Positions 52,695 through 61,683 of a stretch of DNA of 64,000 nucleotides are shown one piece after another (the stretch's first letter is position 1; each line of letters begins with the position of its first letter). The position numbers and the translations under genes are program-made. The notes below the pieces were generated by a model, which was not told where the DNA came from, made no database searches, and saw only the letters and a list, made by a program, of their open reading frames with translations. The stretch spans positions 128,001 through 192,000 of the forward strand of contig OZ244621.1 of assembly GCA_965218425.1 (NCBI GenBank). The letters run 5' to 3'. The DNA is from an uncultured Candidatus Binatia bacterium. Its GTDB lineage: Bacteria > Desulfobacterota > Binatia > UBA9968 > CAXXLF01.

Positions 52695-53010
52695 TAATCT
52701 GCGTTCATCTGCGGTTAAGTATCTTTTATTCGTAGCTGAGATGAAAGCTGACGGCCAATAGCTATTTCCCCTCTGCGGTATACCCTTTGCGCTCCGTCTC
52801 TTGCTGCCTACTGCCATCTGCTTACTGTCTTTCTGTACGCCATGCGCTTCGCTCAATGCGTGCTTCGCTCTATACCCTCTGATCTTTGCTCTCTTCCCAC
52901 TGCTATCTGTTCCCTATCCCCCCACACCCTTCCCCACTCTGTACTCAGCACTCGTGATGCAGTGCCGATTGTGCTCTGTCCTTTGCGCCGTGCGCTATGC
53001 GCTTTGCTTC
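52695..53010. repeat. Degenerate 7-nt-period repeat tract
   Basis: tgcctac tgccatc tgcttac; ctttgcg ccgtgcg ctatgcg ctttgct; atctgcgttcatctgcggtt. Confidence 0.7.
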
Positions 53011-53696
53011 TTGACTTCGGTAGCTTTCAGACATGCCGCATACATTTTCTTGCAGCGGTTGCGTAACTTCCTGATTTCAGCAACAGTCCACAAACGGTTT
53101 TCCTGAGCATTTTCCGACTCTGCGAGGTCCGCTCTAGTCAGCAGGTTGTTGACTTGAGCGAGGCCCCGTTCAAACAACGGCAGCGCATCGGCATGTTGGC
53201 CGGTCTCATGGCAGCTGACCGCCAGGGGAAGATTGGTAAAATACTGATCCGGTTGTAATTTTAACGCAAGTTTCTGTACGAACATCGCTTCCTTGTAGCG
53301 CCCCTCCTCTTGCAATCGGAAACCCAACCCTGCAAACAGGTAAGCCACGCCTCTTATGGCCGACTCCAGTTCCGTCTTAGCCGCGAGGCCGGGATAATGA
53401 TTCCGAAGATAACCGTAGTCTTCCGAAACGGAGATGAAACGCATAGTGTCTTCCATTGTGGCCAAGCGCGAAACGACTTCAGCGAGAAAAAGATGGGGCA
53501 GAGACTTCCAGTCTTTGCTGGTCGTCAGGAGTTGCATCAGGCAATCCCGCTCCGACAGCCCCTTTCTTTCCAGGGTTCGGTAGCGCCGAAGCAGCGCACC
53601 TACTCTCGTTTTGGGGTTCATCCGCCATCGTGCCAGCTTTCGGTATACGGCGATGCCGGCAAAAAAGAACGCCACCCCAAACAACCAGTATTCCAT
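52995..53696 (-). CDS. Membrane-anchored TPR-like hypothetical protein
   Basis: N-terminal TM helix; GRYKEA..LAL.LQPD..NL.LA TPR pattern. Confidence 0.7.
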   Translation of the reverse strand: MEYWLFGVAFFFAGIAVYRKLARWRMNPKTRVGALLRRYRTLERKGLSERDCLMQLLTTSKDWKSLPHLFLAEVVSRLATMEDTMRFISVSEDYGYLRNHYPGLAAKTELESAIRGVAYLFAGLGFRLQEEGRYKEAMFVQKLALKLQPDQYFTNLPLAVSCHETGQHADALPLFERGLAQVNNLLTRADLAESENAQENRLWTVAEIRKLRNRCKKMYAACLKATEVKKQSA

Positions 53697-53951
53697 GACG
53701 ATCCCACCTCTTATTTTCGGCGGAATGCGGGGGCTGCGGTTGCAGCAAGAACATCATAGGGCATATCCAGCCTACCGCTCCCCTTTATTCCAAACGCGTC
53801 AGCCGTTTTGTTGAGAAAATTAAAGATCGCCGCAACATAAACCATTTCGGCGATTTGCCGGTCGCTGTAATCGAATTGACGCGGCTCCTCAATATCCTCA
53901 AGGGTAATCCTATAGGCGATCGGGAAAGCAGCCGGTATTACCGAAAACCGG

Positions 53952-55112
53952 CTAGGGCTCTCCGAAGCATTTCGTCGCGTTGTCCCACATCATTTTTCGC
54001 ATCACCTCGCCGCCCAGGGATTGCCACGCCAGCACCTTGTTAGTGGACTCGGGAAACCGGGATTCCGCGTGGGGGTAATCGGACGAATACATCAAAACGC
54101 CGTCGCCGAGGAAGTCGGTGACCATTCGGGCCATCTTCTCGCCTTCGTGGATCACGACGCTGGCGAAGAAGCGCCCGCCGGTCATGTATTCGCTGGGCTT
54201 GCGCGCCGGATTGTCCGGCAGGGCGTAGGGCATGTAGACGGATTGATCATCCATGCGCGCTGCCCAGAACGGAAGCCAGCCAAAGCCCGACTCGAGAATG
54301 CAGTAGCGGATATCAGGGTAGCGCTCCATGATCCCGGCGCCGAAAAACGCCGTCACCGCTCTCATGGCGCCCCACGGGTGCGAGGCGGTCCGGCCGATGA
54401 ACGGGTTGTCCCAGAGATCGCGGTACCCGGGATAGCCTGAGGTGAAGCTGTGATGCAACACACAGAGCACTTCCTCGTTGGCGGCGGCCCAGATGGGCTC
54501 CAGGTCCGGGTGGTCGATGGGAACGCCTTCAGCCAGGTGGGGATGGATGCCGGCGGCCCATGGCGCGCGCGCCCATGTTTTTATTTCTTGCACCGACGCC
54601 TCGATGGCTCTGTTGCTCACCACGATGAGAGACTTCAGGCGGTGCGGGTGCTTGCTGCAGAAGTCTTGGGTAAAGCGATGGTTGGCCCGGATAAAACCCA
54701 TCTCGATCTCCACGTCGTCCGTGGCCGGGGGCAGTCCGGGAAGCATGAGCTGCGCGTCCACCCCTTCCTCGTCCATATCCCGAATGCGCGCTTCCACGTC
54801 GTCATCGGACCCCCCGGGCGTCGGAAAGCGGCTTCCCATGAACGTCGGGAAATGACGCTCAATATGCTCCCTGGGACCGGCTTCACCTAGTATACGCAGG
54901 CCCTCGCGCCAGCCGGCTCTTTTCTTGAACTGGTAACGGTGGCGGTACGGCGGTTCGAGAACCTCGCCGGCCCAGCCCACGCGAAATGGAACCTTGCAGC
55001 TCTCCCACTCGGGCAGCCGCTTGCGCATGGCGGCGTCGAAGTATGGCTCCAGGGTTTCGGCATGCGGACTGAGGTGCGTGTCCGAATCAAAAATCCTTAA
55101 ACCGTCGCGCAT
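53952..55112 (-). CDS. Amidohydrolase_2 family
   Basis: DSDTH, DMDEEGVD, LESGFGW, SSDYPH. Confidence 0.92.
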   Translation of the reverse strand: MRDGLRIFDSDTHLSPHAETLEPYFDAAMRKRLPEWESCKVPFRVGWAGEVLEPPYRHRYQFKKRAGWREGLRILGEAGPREHIERHFPTFMGSRFPTPGGSDDDVEARIRDMDEEGVDAQLMLPGLPPATDDVEIEMGFIRANHRFTQDFCSKHPHRLKSLIVVSNRAIEASVQEIKTWARAPWAAGIHPHLAEGVPIDHPDLEPIWAAANEEVLCVLHHSFTSGYPGYRDLWDNPFIGRTASHPWGAMRAVTAFFGAGIMERYPDIRYCILESGFGWLPFWAARMDDQSVYMPYALPDNPARKPSEYMTGGRFFASVVIHEGEKMARMVTDFLGDGVLMYSSDYPHAESRFPESTNKVLAWQSLGGEVMRKMMWDNATKCFGEP

Positions 55113-55458
55113 TCCTGCTCCTTACATAGCCACGAGTGTGAGGCTGCCCATGGTTATCACGCGGCATCATTTGGCAGAGGGCGCCGCGATAGTGTATTCG
55201 TGGCGCGCGGGCCATGCACGGAGATTATCCCTAAACTCATCCCGCATCAATACTGCTGCGTTCTTTGATAGTTGACAACCCCTACCCCTGTGATATTGGT
55301 ACCCGCATGGGCAGGCGGTTAGCCTCCCACTATCGGCAAAGCATCCTGCTCCATGTGTGACGTGACCAGGCCCTTCAGATCGGCGCCTACACCGCGTACG
55401 CCTTCAGTGAAATCCCGGGCCTGACAACTTTTTTAGAGTGAGAGGAGAGCGGTAATCA

Positions 55459-56658
55459 ATGGCCAAGAACGGGTTCAGGGCGTTCGACAGCGACATGCAT
55501 ATCATGGAGCCTCCCGACCTGTGGGAACGCTACATTGCCCCGGAGTTCCGCTCCATGGCGCCTCATGGCGTGACCTCCGAGAACGTGCGGGATTTGCGCA
55601 TCGCCTTTCCGGACCAAACGCCGGGCGGCCGGACGATCGGAATATCGTCAAGGCGGGGGCGCAACTACGAGCGCAACCAGGCTCTCTACCACAACCATGC
55701 CGCGCGCGGCTGGAGCGGCGAGGTGCAGCTCGATGCCATGAACGTGGAGGGCCTTGACGTTGCGGTGATGTTTCCCAGCCGGGGGTTAAACGTCCTCGTG
55801 GGCCCGGACGGCGGGGCTCGGACCCCCGATCCCCGCTTTGCCGCCGCCATCGCGAGAGCATACAACGACTGGCTATACGAGTTCTGCCAGGCCGATCCGC
55901 GGCGCATGCTGGGCGCCGGCATGATCTCGGTGTACGACATCGACGCCGCCGTCGAGGAGACCCACCGGGTGGTAAAAGACTACGGTTTCAAGGCGGTCTT
56001 CCTGCGCTCCAATGTTATCAACGGCAAAGCCTGGCACGACCCCTATTACGAACCCCTGTGGAATACCCTGGAAAGTTTGCAAATCCCCCTCGGCTTTCAT
56101 CAGGCCTCGGGTTCGAGCATCCCCCAACTATGCAAGCCCTGGTTCGGCCCGCTCTCCGGCATCCAGCGGGCTTACGGCCAGCCCGTCGGGCAGATGTTCG
56201 GCGTAGGCAGCTTCCTCTGCGGCGGTGTCCTCGAGCGGCACCCGGCCCTCAAGGTCGCCTTTCTGGAGGCCAACTGCTCCTGGCTGCCGTGGCTGCTGTG
56301 GCGCCTTGATGAAGCCTACGAGCTGGAGGGCGACCTCGACATGCCCGAGCTCACCATGGTGCCCAGCGAGTACTTCAAGCGACAGTGCGTCGCCTCGGTG
56401 GAGCCGGACGAGACTCCGGCGCGCTACACCATCGACTTCCTCGGCAACGATAACCTCGTGTACTCCACCGACTACCCCCACGGCGATTCCCGCTATCCGC
56501 ACGCCACGGAGAGCTTCCTGCAACTGCCGCTGTCCGACGAGGACAAGCGGAAGATCCTGTGGGACAACTGCGCGCGTTTCTATGCGATCGGCGATTCGTC
56601 ATTCATCGGCGCCGGCCGAACTAACCAAGCAATGACAAGCTCAGCTTCACTTCGATAG
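55459..56658 (+). CDS. Amidohydrolase_2 family
   Basis: DSDMH, FPS, AYNDW, LEANCSW, STDYPH. Confidence 0.92.
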   Translation: MAKNGFRAFDSDMHIMEPPDLWERYIAPEFRSMAPHGVTSENVRDLRIAFPDQTPGGRTIGISSRRGRNYERNQALYHNHAARGWSGEVQLDAMNVEGLDVAVMFPSRGLNVLVGPDGGARTPDPRFAAAIARAYNDWLYEFCQADPRRMLGAGMISVYDIDAAVEETHRVVKDYGFKAVFLRSNVINGKAWHDPYYEPLWNTLESLQIPLGFHQASGSSIPQLCKPWFGPLSGIQRAYGQPVGQMFGVGSFLCGGVLERHPALKVAFLEANCSWLPWLLWRLDEAYELEGDLDMPELTMVPSEYFKRQCVASVEPDETPARYTIDFLGNDNLVYSTDYPHGDSRYPHATESFLQLPLSDEDKRKILWDNCARFYAIGDSSFIGAGRTNQAMTSSASLR

Positions 56659-56674
56659 GAAGGATTTCGTAGTT

Positions 56675-57304
56675 ATGGAAACTCGCGGCAAAAACGCACT
56701 TGAACGTTTCATCGGCAAGACCCGGGAGCAGTTCGCCAATGAGCCGGACCTGGACAAACGGTGGGCGGCGCTGCCGCCGATCCTGAAGGAGCTCCTGGAG
56801 GACCCGGAGGTTCGTGAGGCCTCAAGAGCATGGCCGGTTCCCGGTTCAATCGTAAATTCGGGGGAGCGTCGTGCCGGGAATCTGCTGTTCTACGAGGATC
56901 CGGACTATGGGTTTGTTATCAACGGTCAGGTCCACGAAGCGGCCCAGCGGCAGGGCGAACCGAGACGCGCTCATGATCATGGAGCCATCTACACCGCCTA
57001 CGGCTTGTTGGACGGGCACGAGCGGATCACGCTGTATAAGCGAACCGACGACGGGTCCAAACCCGACCACGCCGAGGTGGAAAAGACTTCCGATTACCTG
57101 GCCGCGCCCGGGGATGTGCACCTGGCCAGGCCACGAGACATCCATTTGGAGGTTAACGTCGGCGAGCGAACGGCCGCCGTGATCATTCGCAGCGCAAAGG
57201 ACGGAGTGCCGACCAACCTTCACGGCCGGTACGACCTGGAAACCAACAGATACGACGAGAGTATCGGGCCGCGCCAGATACCCGCCGAGATGCTGCCCAA
57301 GTAG
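56675..57304 (+). CDS. Cysteine-dioxygenase-like 3-His cupin
   Basis: YEDPDYGF, AHDHG, G.E..Y.R.DDGS, DIH. Confidence 0.72.
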   Translation: METRGKNALERFIGKTREQFANEPDLDKRWAALPPILKELLEDPEVREASRAWPVPGSIVNSGERRAGNLLFYEDPDYGFVINGQVHEAAQRQGEPRRAHDHGAIYTAYGLLDGHERITLYKRTDDGSKPDHAEVEKTSDYLAAPGDVHLARPRDIHLEVNVGERTAAVIIRSAKDGVPTNLHGRYDLETNRYDESIGPRQIPAEMLPK

Positions 57305-57336
57305 AGGCTCCGGGTCCGAATCTCCCCGGCGCCTCA

Positions 57337-57553
57337 TGCCTTCTTGCTATTCTGGGTTTCCCCCCCTTTCGGATTCCGGCTTGTATCGTGCCAATTCTCT
57401 CTTGGAACGTCCTGTCCATCTGGACGCGGCGTTCTAAAGCATGGATGCGATTCTTTCTCGTCGATGGCATTTAGCTGGATGTATCGTTTGTGACAGTCTA
57501 ACCCGACGTAAAGCATGGGGTCTTCTCCTTTCAGGTTTGATGGCCGCTACAAC
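57337..57553 (-). mobile_element. IS110-derived miniature element, copy A
   Basis: RBS plus MLYVGLDCHKRY..AIDEK (IS110 N-terminus) joined out of frame to KNRIHAL; homologous to 59935-60150. Confidence 0.75.
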
Positions 57554-57786
57554 GATGAGGTCGGTACCGGAGGATCTCTGATGTGTCATACCGCAGCAGG
57601 AGGAGTCTGATGGGACAAGGGAGCGATAAAGAGCCGGGTGCTGGCGGGTCCGGCGGTGTCCTACTCCAGCGGTGACGGCGGGTAGCCGGAATCCAGCTGC
57701 TCGTCGAGAATGAGGGCCGAACAGACGCGGCAATTCGTTACGATGGGACGACGACTCTACAGGACGAGAGCTCGCTCGGAGGCTTC

Positions 57787-59763
57787 ATGACCAAAAACCG
57801 GTTCGCTACCGCACTCGCTGCCCTCGTGCTCGCGCCCACGCTGGCGGTCTCCCACCCGCTCGACGGGTTGACGGCGGCGGAAATTCGGCGCGTCACCGAG
57901 ATCCTGCGCGCGGCGGGCGAAGCGAACGACCGGACGCGGTACCCGCTGATCGAGCTGATCGAGCCGCCGAAGGCGGATGTCCTCGCGTGGTCCGAGGGAG
58001 ACCCCGCGCCGCGCCGCGCCCTGGTGCACCTGCTGAGCGAGACCGGCTTTCGCACCGCCGTCGTCGACATTACGGACGGCGCGGTCGAAGCCGCCGGCCC
58101 GGCCGCGGGCCAGCCTATGGTGCTGTTCGAGGAATTCACCGGCGCTATGAGAGCCGCTCTCGAGCATCCGGAGATGGTCGCCGGGCTGGCAAGGCGCGGC
58201 CTGACTCCCGCCGACGTGTTCTGCCTGCCGCTGACCGCCGGCAACTACCTGACCGCGGAGTACGAGGGCACGCGTCTGATGAAGGTGCCCTGTTACCTCA
58301 ATCCGGCAGGCTCGAACTACTACGCCAAGCCGATCGAGGGCCTGTTCGCGGTCGTCGATCTGATGAAAGGCGAGGCGACCGGCGTCGTGGACGAGGGCGT
58401 CGTGCCGGCGCCGGAGGACGACTGGGGCTACACGCAGCAGGAAGTCGCCGCTCGCCGGCCGTTGCGCCCGGCATCCAGCCCGGTCAATCTGACCCAGCCG
58501 GGCGGCCCCGGCTACGCAATCACGGGCTCGCGCATCGAATGGGACATCTGGCGCTTCCGCCTGCGAGTCGACAAGCGACCGGGCATCGTGCTCTCGAACA
58601 TCGACGTGCGTGACGGCGAGCGCTGGCGGTCGGTGCTCTACCAAGCTCATCTCTCCGAGGTGTTCGTGCCCTACATGGATCCGGCTGCGGGCTGGTATTT
58701 TCGCACCTATATGGACAGCGGCGAATACGGCTTCGGCCTGTTCCTCAGCCCCTTGACGGCCGGCGTCGATTGCCCCCGCCACGCGACCTTCATGCCGGCG
58801 TTCGTCAACGACGACCGAGGCAGACCGCTGGAGATCCCGGACGCAATCTGCGTGTTCGAGCGATCCATCGGCGACCCGGCTTGGCGCCACTTCGAGGTGT
58901 TCGCCCAGGGCGAAGCCACGTTCGTGCCGGCCGAGGGCCGGCGCGATATCGAGCTGGTGGTGCGAAGCGTCTCCGTCGTCGGCAACTACGACTATTTGAT
59001 CGACTATCGCTTCCGTCAGAACGGCGAGATCTACATCAAGATCGGCGCGACCGGCCTGGATGCGGTCAAGGGCGTTGCCTCCGCCTCGATGGAGGACCCG
59101 ACCACCGTCGCCGACACCGCCTACGGCACGTTGGTGGCGCCCAACCTCGTGGCGCCGTTCCACGACCACTATTTCAACTTCCGCCTGGACTTCGACGTCG
59201 ACGGCCCAATCAATCATCCCGCCGTCTTGGAGGTGGTGGCCGGCGAGCCGGCAACGGACAGCCCGCGCCGCTCGTTCTGGACGGTCAAGCGCTCAACCCC
59301 GGCCTCTGAGTTGGAGGCGCGCTACACCTTGAGCGCGATGGCGCCGATGTACTTCCTGGTCCTGAACCAAGCCGAGCGCACGCCGCTGGGCCATCACCCC
59401 GCCTACATGATCCATCGCGGCAGCGTTGCCTACGGTCCGTTCGACTACGCCGCCGACCCGCCGATGAGACGCAACGCCTATATCGAGTACACGATCTGGA
59501 ACACCGTCCACGATCCGGCCCAACGCTATGCCGGCGGGGAGTTCCCGATGCAGAGCGACGGCTCGGACACGTTGGCCGAGTGGGTCAAGGCGGACCGGCC
59601 GTTGCAGGGTACAGACGTGGTGACGTGGTTCACCGCGGGGTTCCACCACCTCCCGCGGGCCGAGAACTGGCCGGTGATGTCGACCGATTGGAAGACCATT
59701 CACATCATCCCGCACAACTTTTTCGCACAGAACCCGGCGCTGACGATCCGGGCGGCACACTGA
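57787..59763 (+). CDS. Secreted copper-containing (TPQ) amine oxidase
   Basis: Signal peptide, HPLD, D.GEYG, GNYDY, HDH, H.PR.E.WPVM. Confidence 0.95.
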   Translation: MTKNRFATALAALVLAPTLAVSHPLDGLTAAEIRRVTEILRAAGEANDRTRYPLIELIEPPKADVLAWSEGDPAPRRALVHLLSETGFRTAVVDITDGAVEAAGPAAGQPMVLFEEFTGAMRAALEHPEMVAGLARRGLTPADVFCLPLTAGNYLTAEYEGTRLMKVPCYLNPAGSNYYAKPIEGLFAVVDLMKGEATGVVDEGVVPAPEDDWGYTQQEVAARRPLRPASSPVNLTQPGGPGYAITGSRIEWDIWRFRLRVDKRPGIVLSNIDVRDGERWRSVLYQAHLSEVFVPYMDPAAGWYFRTYMDSGEYGFGLFLSPLTAGVDCPRHATFMPAFVNDDRGRPLEIPDAICVFERSIGDPAWRHFEVFAQGEATFVPAEGRRDIELVVRSVSVVGNYDYLIDYRFRQNGEIYIKIGATGLDAVKGVASASMEDPTTVADTAYGTLVAPNLVAPFHDHYFNFRLDFDVDGPINHPAVLEVVAGEPATDSPRRSFWTVKRSTPASELEARYTLSAMAPMYFLVLNQAERTPLGHHPAYMIHRGSVAYGPFDYAADPPMRRNAYIEYTIWNTVHDPAQRYAGGEFPMQSDGSDTLAEWVKADRPLQGTDVVTWFTAGFHHLPRAENWPVMSTDWKTIHIIPHNFFAQNPALTIRAAH

Positions 59764-59934
59764 GTGCCCGGGCACCGCACGGCGACGGCGGCTATGGCGT
59801 CCCGCGCGCCGGTGAAGCCGGCAGCCTTCTCCTTCCTGCAAGGTAGATTTCAACCGGGAGCGACCGCACCAGCAGCGCCGGAGTAATGGGGGCCAGGTAA
59901 CATGAAAAAGGGGTCAAGCTCCAACAGGATGGTG

Positions 59935-60150
59935 GTTGTAACGGCCATCGAATCTGAAAGGAGAAGACCCCATGCTTACGTCGGGTTAGACTGTCACAGA
60001 CGATACGCCCAGGTATATGCCATTGACGAGAAAGGATCGCATCCATGATTTGGCGGACCGCGTCCAAATGGACAGGACGTTCCACAAGAGAATCGGCGCG
60101 ATACAAGCTGGAATCCGAAAGGGAAGGAAACCCAAAATATCAAAAAGACA
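59935..60150 (+). mobile_element. IS110-derived miniature element, copy B (inverted relative to A)
   Basis: Collinear with copy A from gttgta.cggccatc to gaaaccca.aata.caa; 1-nt deletion just after the ATG. Confidence 0.75.
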
Positions 60151-60165
60151 ATCCTGACAGCGGCC

Positions 60166-60942
60166 TTAGAACCCGCAATCCTGGCAGACCTTGTAACGTG
60201 GTCCTCGGGCAGGATCGGTCTCGACTGCGACGGCCCCCCACGCTTGTCCTCTAGGCCGGGTGTAGGTCCCGCGCCCGGTCAGTTCACCGTCCACAAACTC
60301 GCCCTCGTAGCGGTTGCCATTGGTCCACGTATAGACCCCGCGGCCGTGCAGTTTGTCGTCCACGAACTCGCCCTCGTAGCGGTCGCCATTGGTCCACGTG
60401 AAGACCCCGCGCCCGGTCCGTTCGTTGTCGACGAACTCGCCCTCGTAGCGGTCGCCATTGGTCCACGTGAAGACCCCGCGCCCGGTCCGTTCGTTGTCGA
60501 CGAACTCGCCCTCGTAGCGGTTGCCATCGGTCCACGTGAAGACCCCGCGCCCGGTCCGTTCGTTGTCGACGAACTCGCCCTCGTAGCGGTTGCCATCGGT
60601 CCACGTGAAGACCCCGCGCCCGGTCCGTTCGTTGTCGACGAACTCGCCCTCGTAGCGGTCGCCATTGGTCCACGTGAAGACCCCGCGCCCGGTCCGTTCG
60701 TTGTCGACGAACTCGCCCTCGTAGCGGTTGCCATCGGTCCACGTGTAGACCCCGCGCCCGTGCGGTTTGCCGTTTCGTGTCTGCCCGTGATAACGGCCGT
60801 TGTCATAGGTGATTGTCTCTATCGCTGCAACAATGCTTGCGTTTTCGTTGTATGTCTGTGCCATCCCTGGAGGCGCGCTCGTCGTCACTACCAAGGCCCC
60901 GATCGAAACGAGAAACCATATCAAGTGCCTGATGGTTTTCAT
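60166..60942 (-). CDS. Secreted MORN-repeat protein, C-terminus possibly truncated
   Basis: RBS AAGGAGG, signal peptide, eight YEGEF..G.G..TW..G repeats. Confidence 0.85.
   Translation of the reverse strand: MKTIRHLIWFLVSIGALVVTTSAPPGMAQTYNENASIVAAIETITYDNGRYHGQTRNGKPHGRGVYTWTDGNRYEGEFVDNERTGRGVFTWTNGDRYEGEFVDNERTGRGVFTWTDGNRYEGEFVDNERTGRGVFTWTDGNRYEGEFVDNERTGRGVFTWTNGDRYEGEFVDNERTGRGVFTWTNGDRYEGEFVDDKLHGRGVYTWTNGNRYEGEFVDGELTGRGTYTRPRGQAWGAVAVETDPARGPRYKVCQDCGF
60262..60760. repeat. 69-bp tandem repeat encoding MORN units
   Basis: Near-identical units cccgcgcccggtccgttcgttgtcgacgaactcgccctcgtagcgg... Confidence 0.92.
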
Positions 60943-61269
60943 CACAATCCTCCTTTTCCAGTCCTGTTTATCAATCTTCAACCGAGCGAGTCAGCATCCG
61001 TGAAGATTGGGAAATTCGGCGCGATACAACCCGGCCGCCGGCCTTTGGCGGAATTTTTCGTAAATGCAATCGCTCTGCGCAATCGCAAAGATCGCCGAAA
61101 ACACAAGAGCGATTGCGCCTATTGGCTCTTTTTCTCGCACATATCTGAAAAATTCCATTGACGACTCGATTTTAGTGAGTTCATTGGAAAATTTTCAACG
61201 GCGTAGTGCAAGAGCAATTGCTTCGAGATCGGCATAGAATTATACAGAACTAGAGTCGTAAAGTGATGC

Positions 61270-61503
61270 TACACTGTCGTCGCTTGGTCAACCACCTCAA
61301 GACCGAGGCGCACACGGGCAAGCAGGGCCGAGCAGCTTAGACGGTGCGACTTTGTCATCCTCGACGAGTTCGGCTATTTGCTTTTCGCCCGGACCGGCGG
61401 TCAGTTGCCGTTCCATCTCGTCAGCAAACTCCGTGAGCGGAGCTCGATCGTCATCATCACCGACCTTGCTTTCGGAGAATGGCCGTCCGTGTTTGGCGAC
61501 GCT
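61270..61503 (+). pseudogene. IS21 IstB helper ATPase remnant
   Basis: DFVILDEFGYL.F..TGGQL.FHL.S..ERSS.IIT.L.FGEW.SVFGD; frameshifted and truncated. Confidence 0.85.
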
Positions 61504-61683
61504 CATCTCGCGGGCAACCCGCATCGTGGGATCGCCGCAGCTCTCTCTTGCCGCTCACAAGGCATCACGGTATCTTGAGTGGAACACGATGAACACACGG
61601 AGCCGGGAACAATTGAACTTTGTCGATTCAAGTGAACATGCCGGACGCCGTCCCGGACACGATGCGCCCGCGCGATTGGCGCC

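Noticed and set aside
57757..59217. 486-aa minus-strand ORF
   Set aside because: Antisense to the clearly recognisable amine oxidase
60262..60760. Regular repeats as a possible CRISPR array
   Set aside because: Contiguous 69-bp in-frame units without unique spacers; they encode MORN repeats and no cas genes are present
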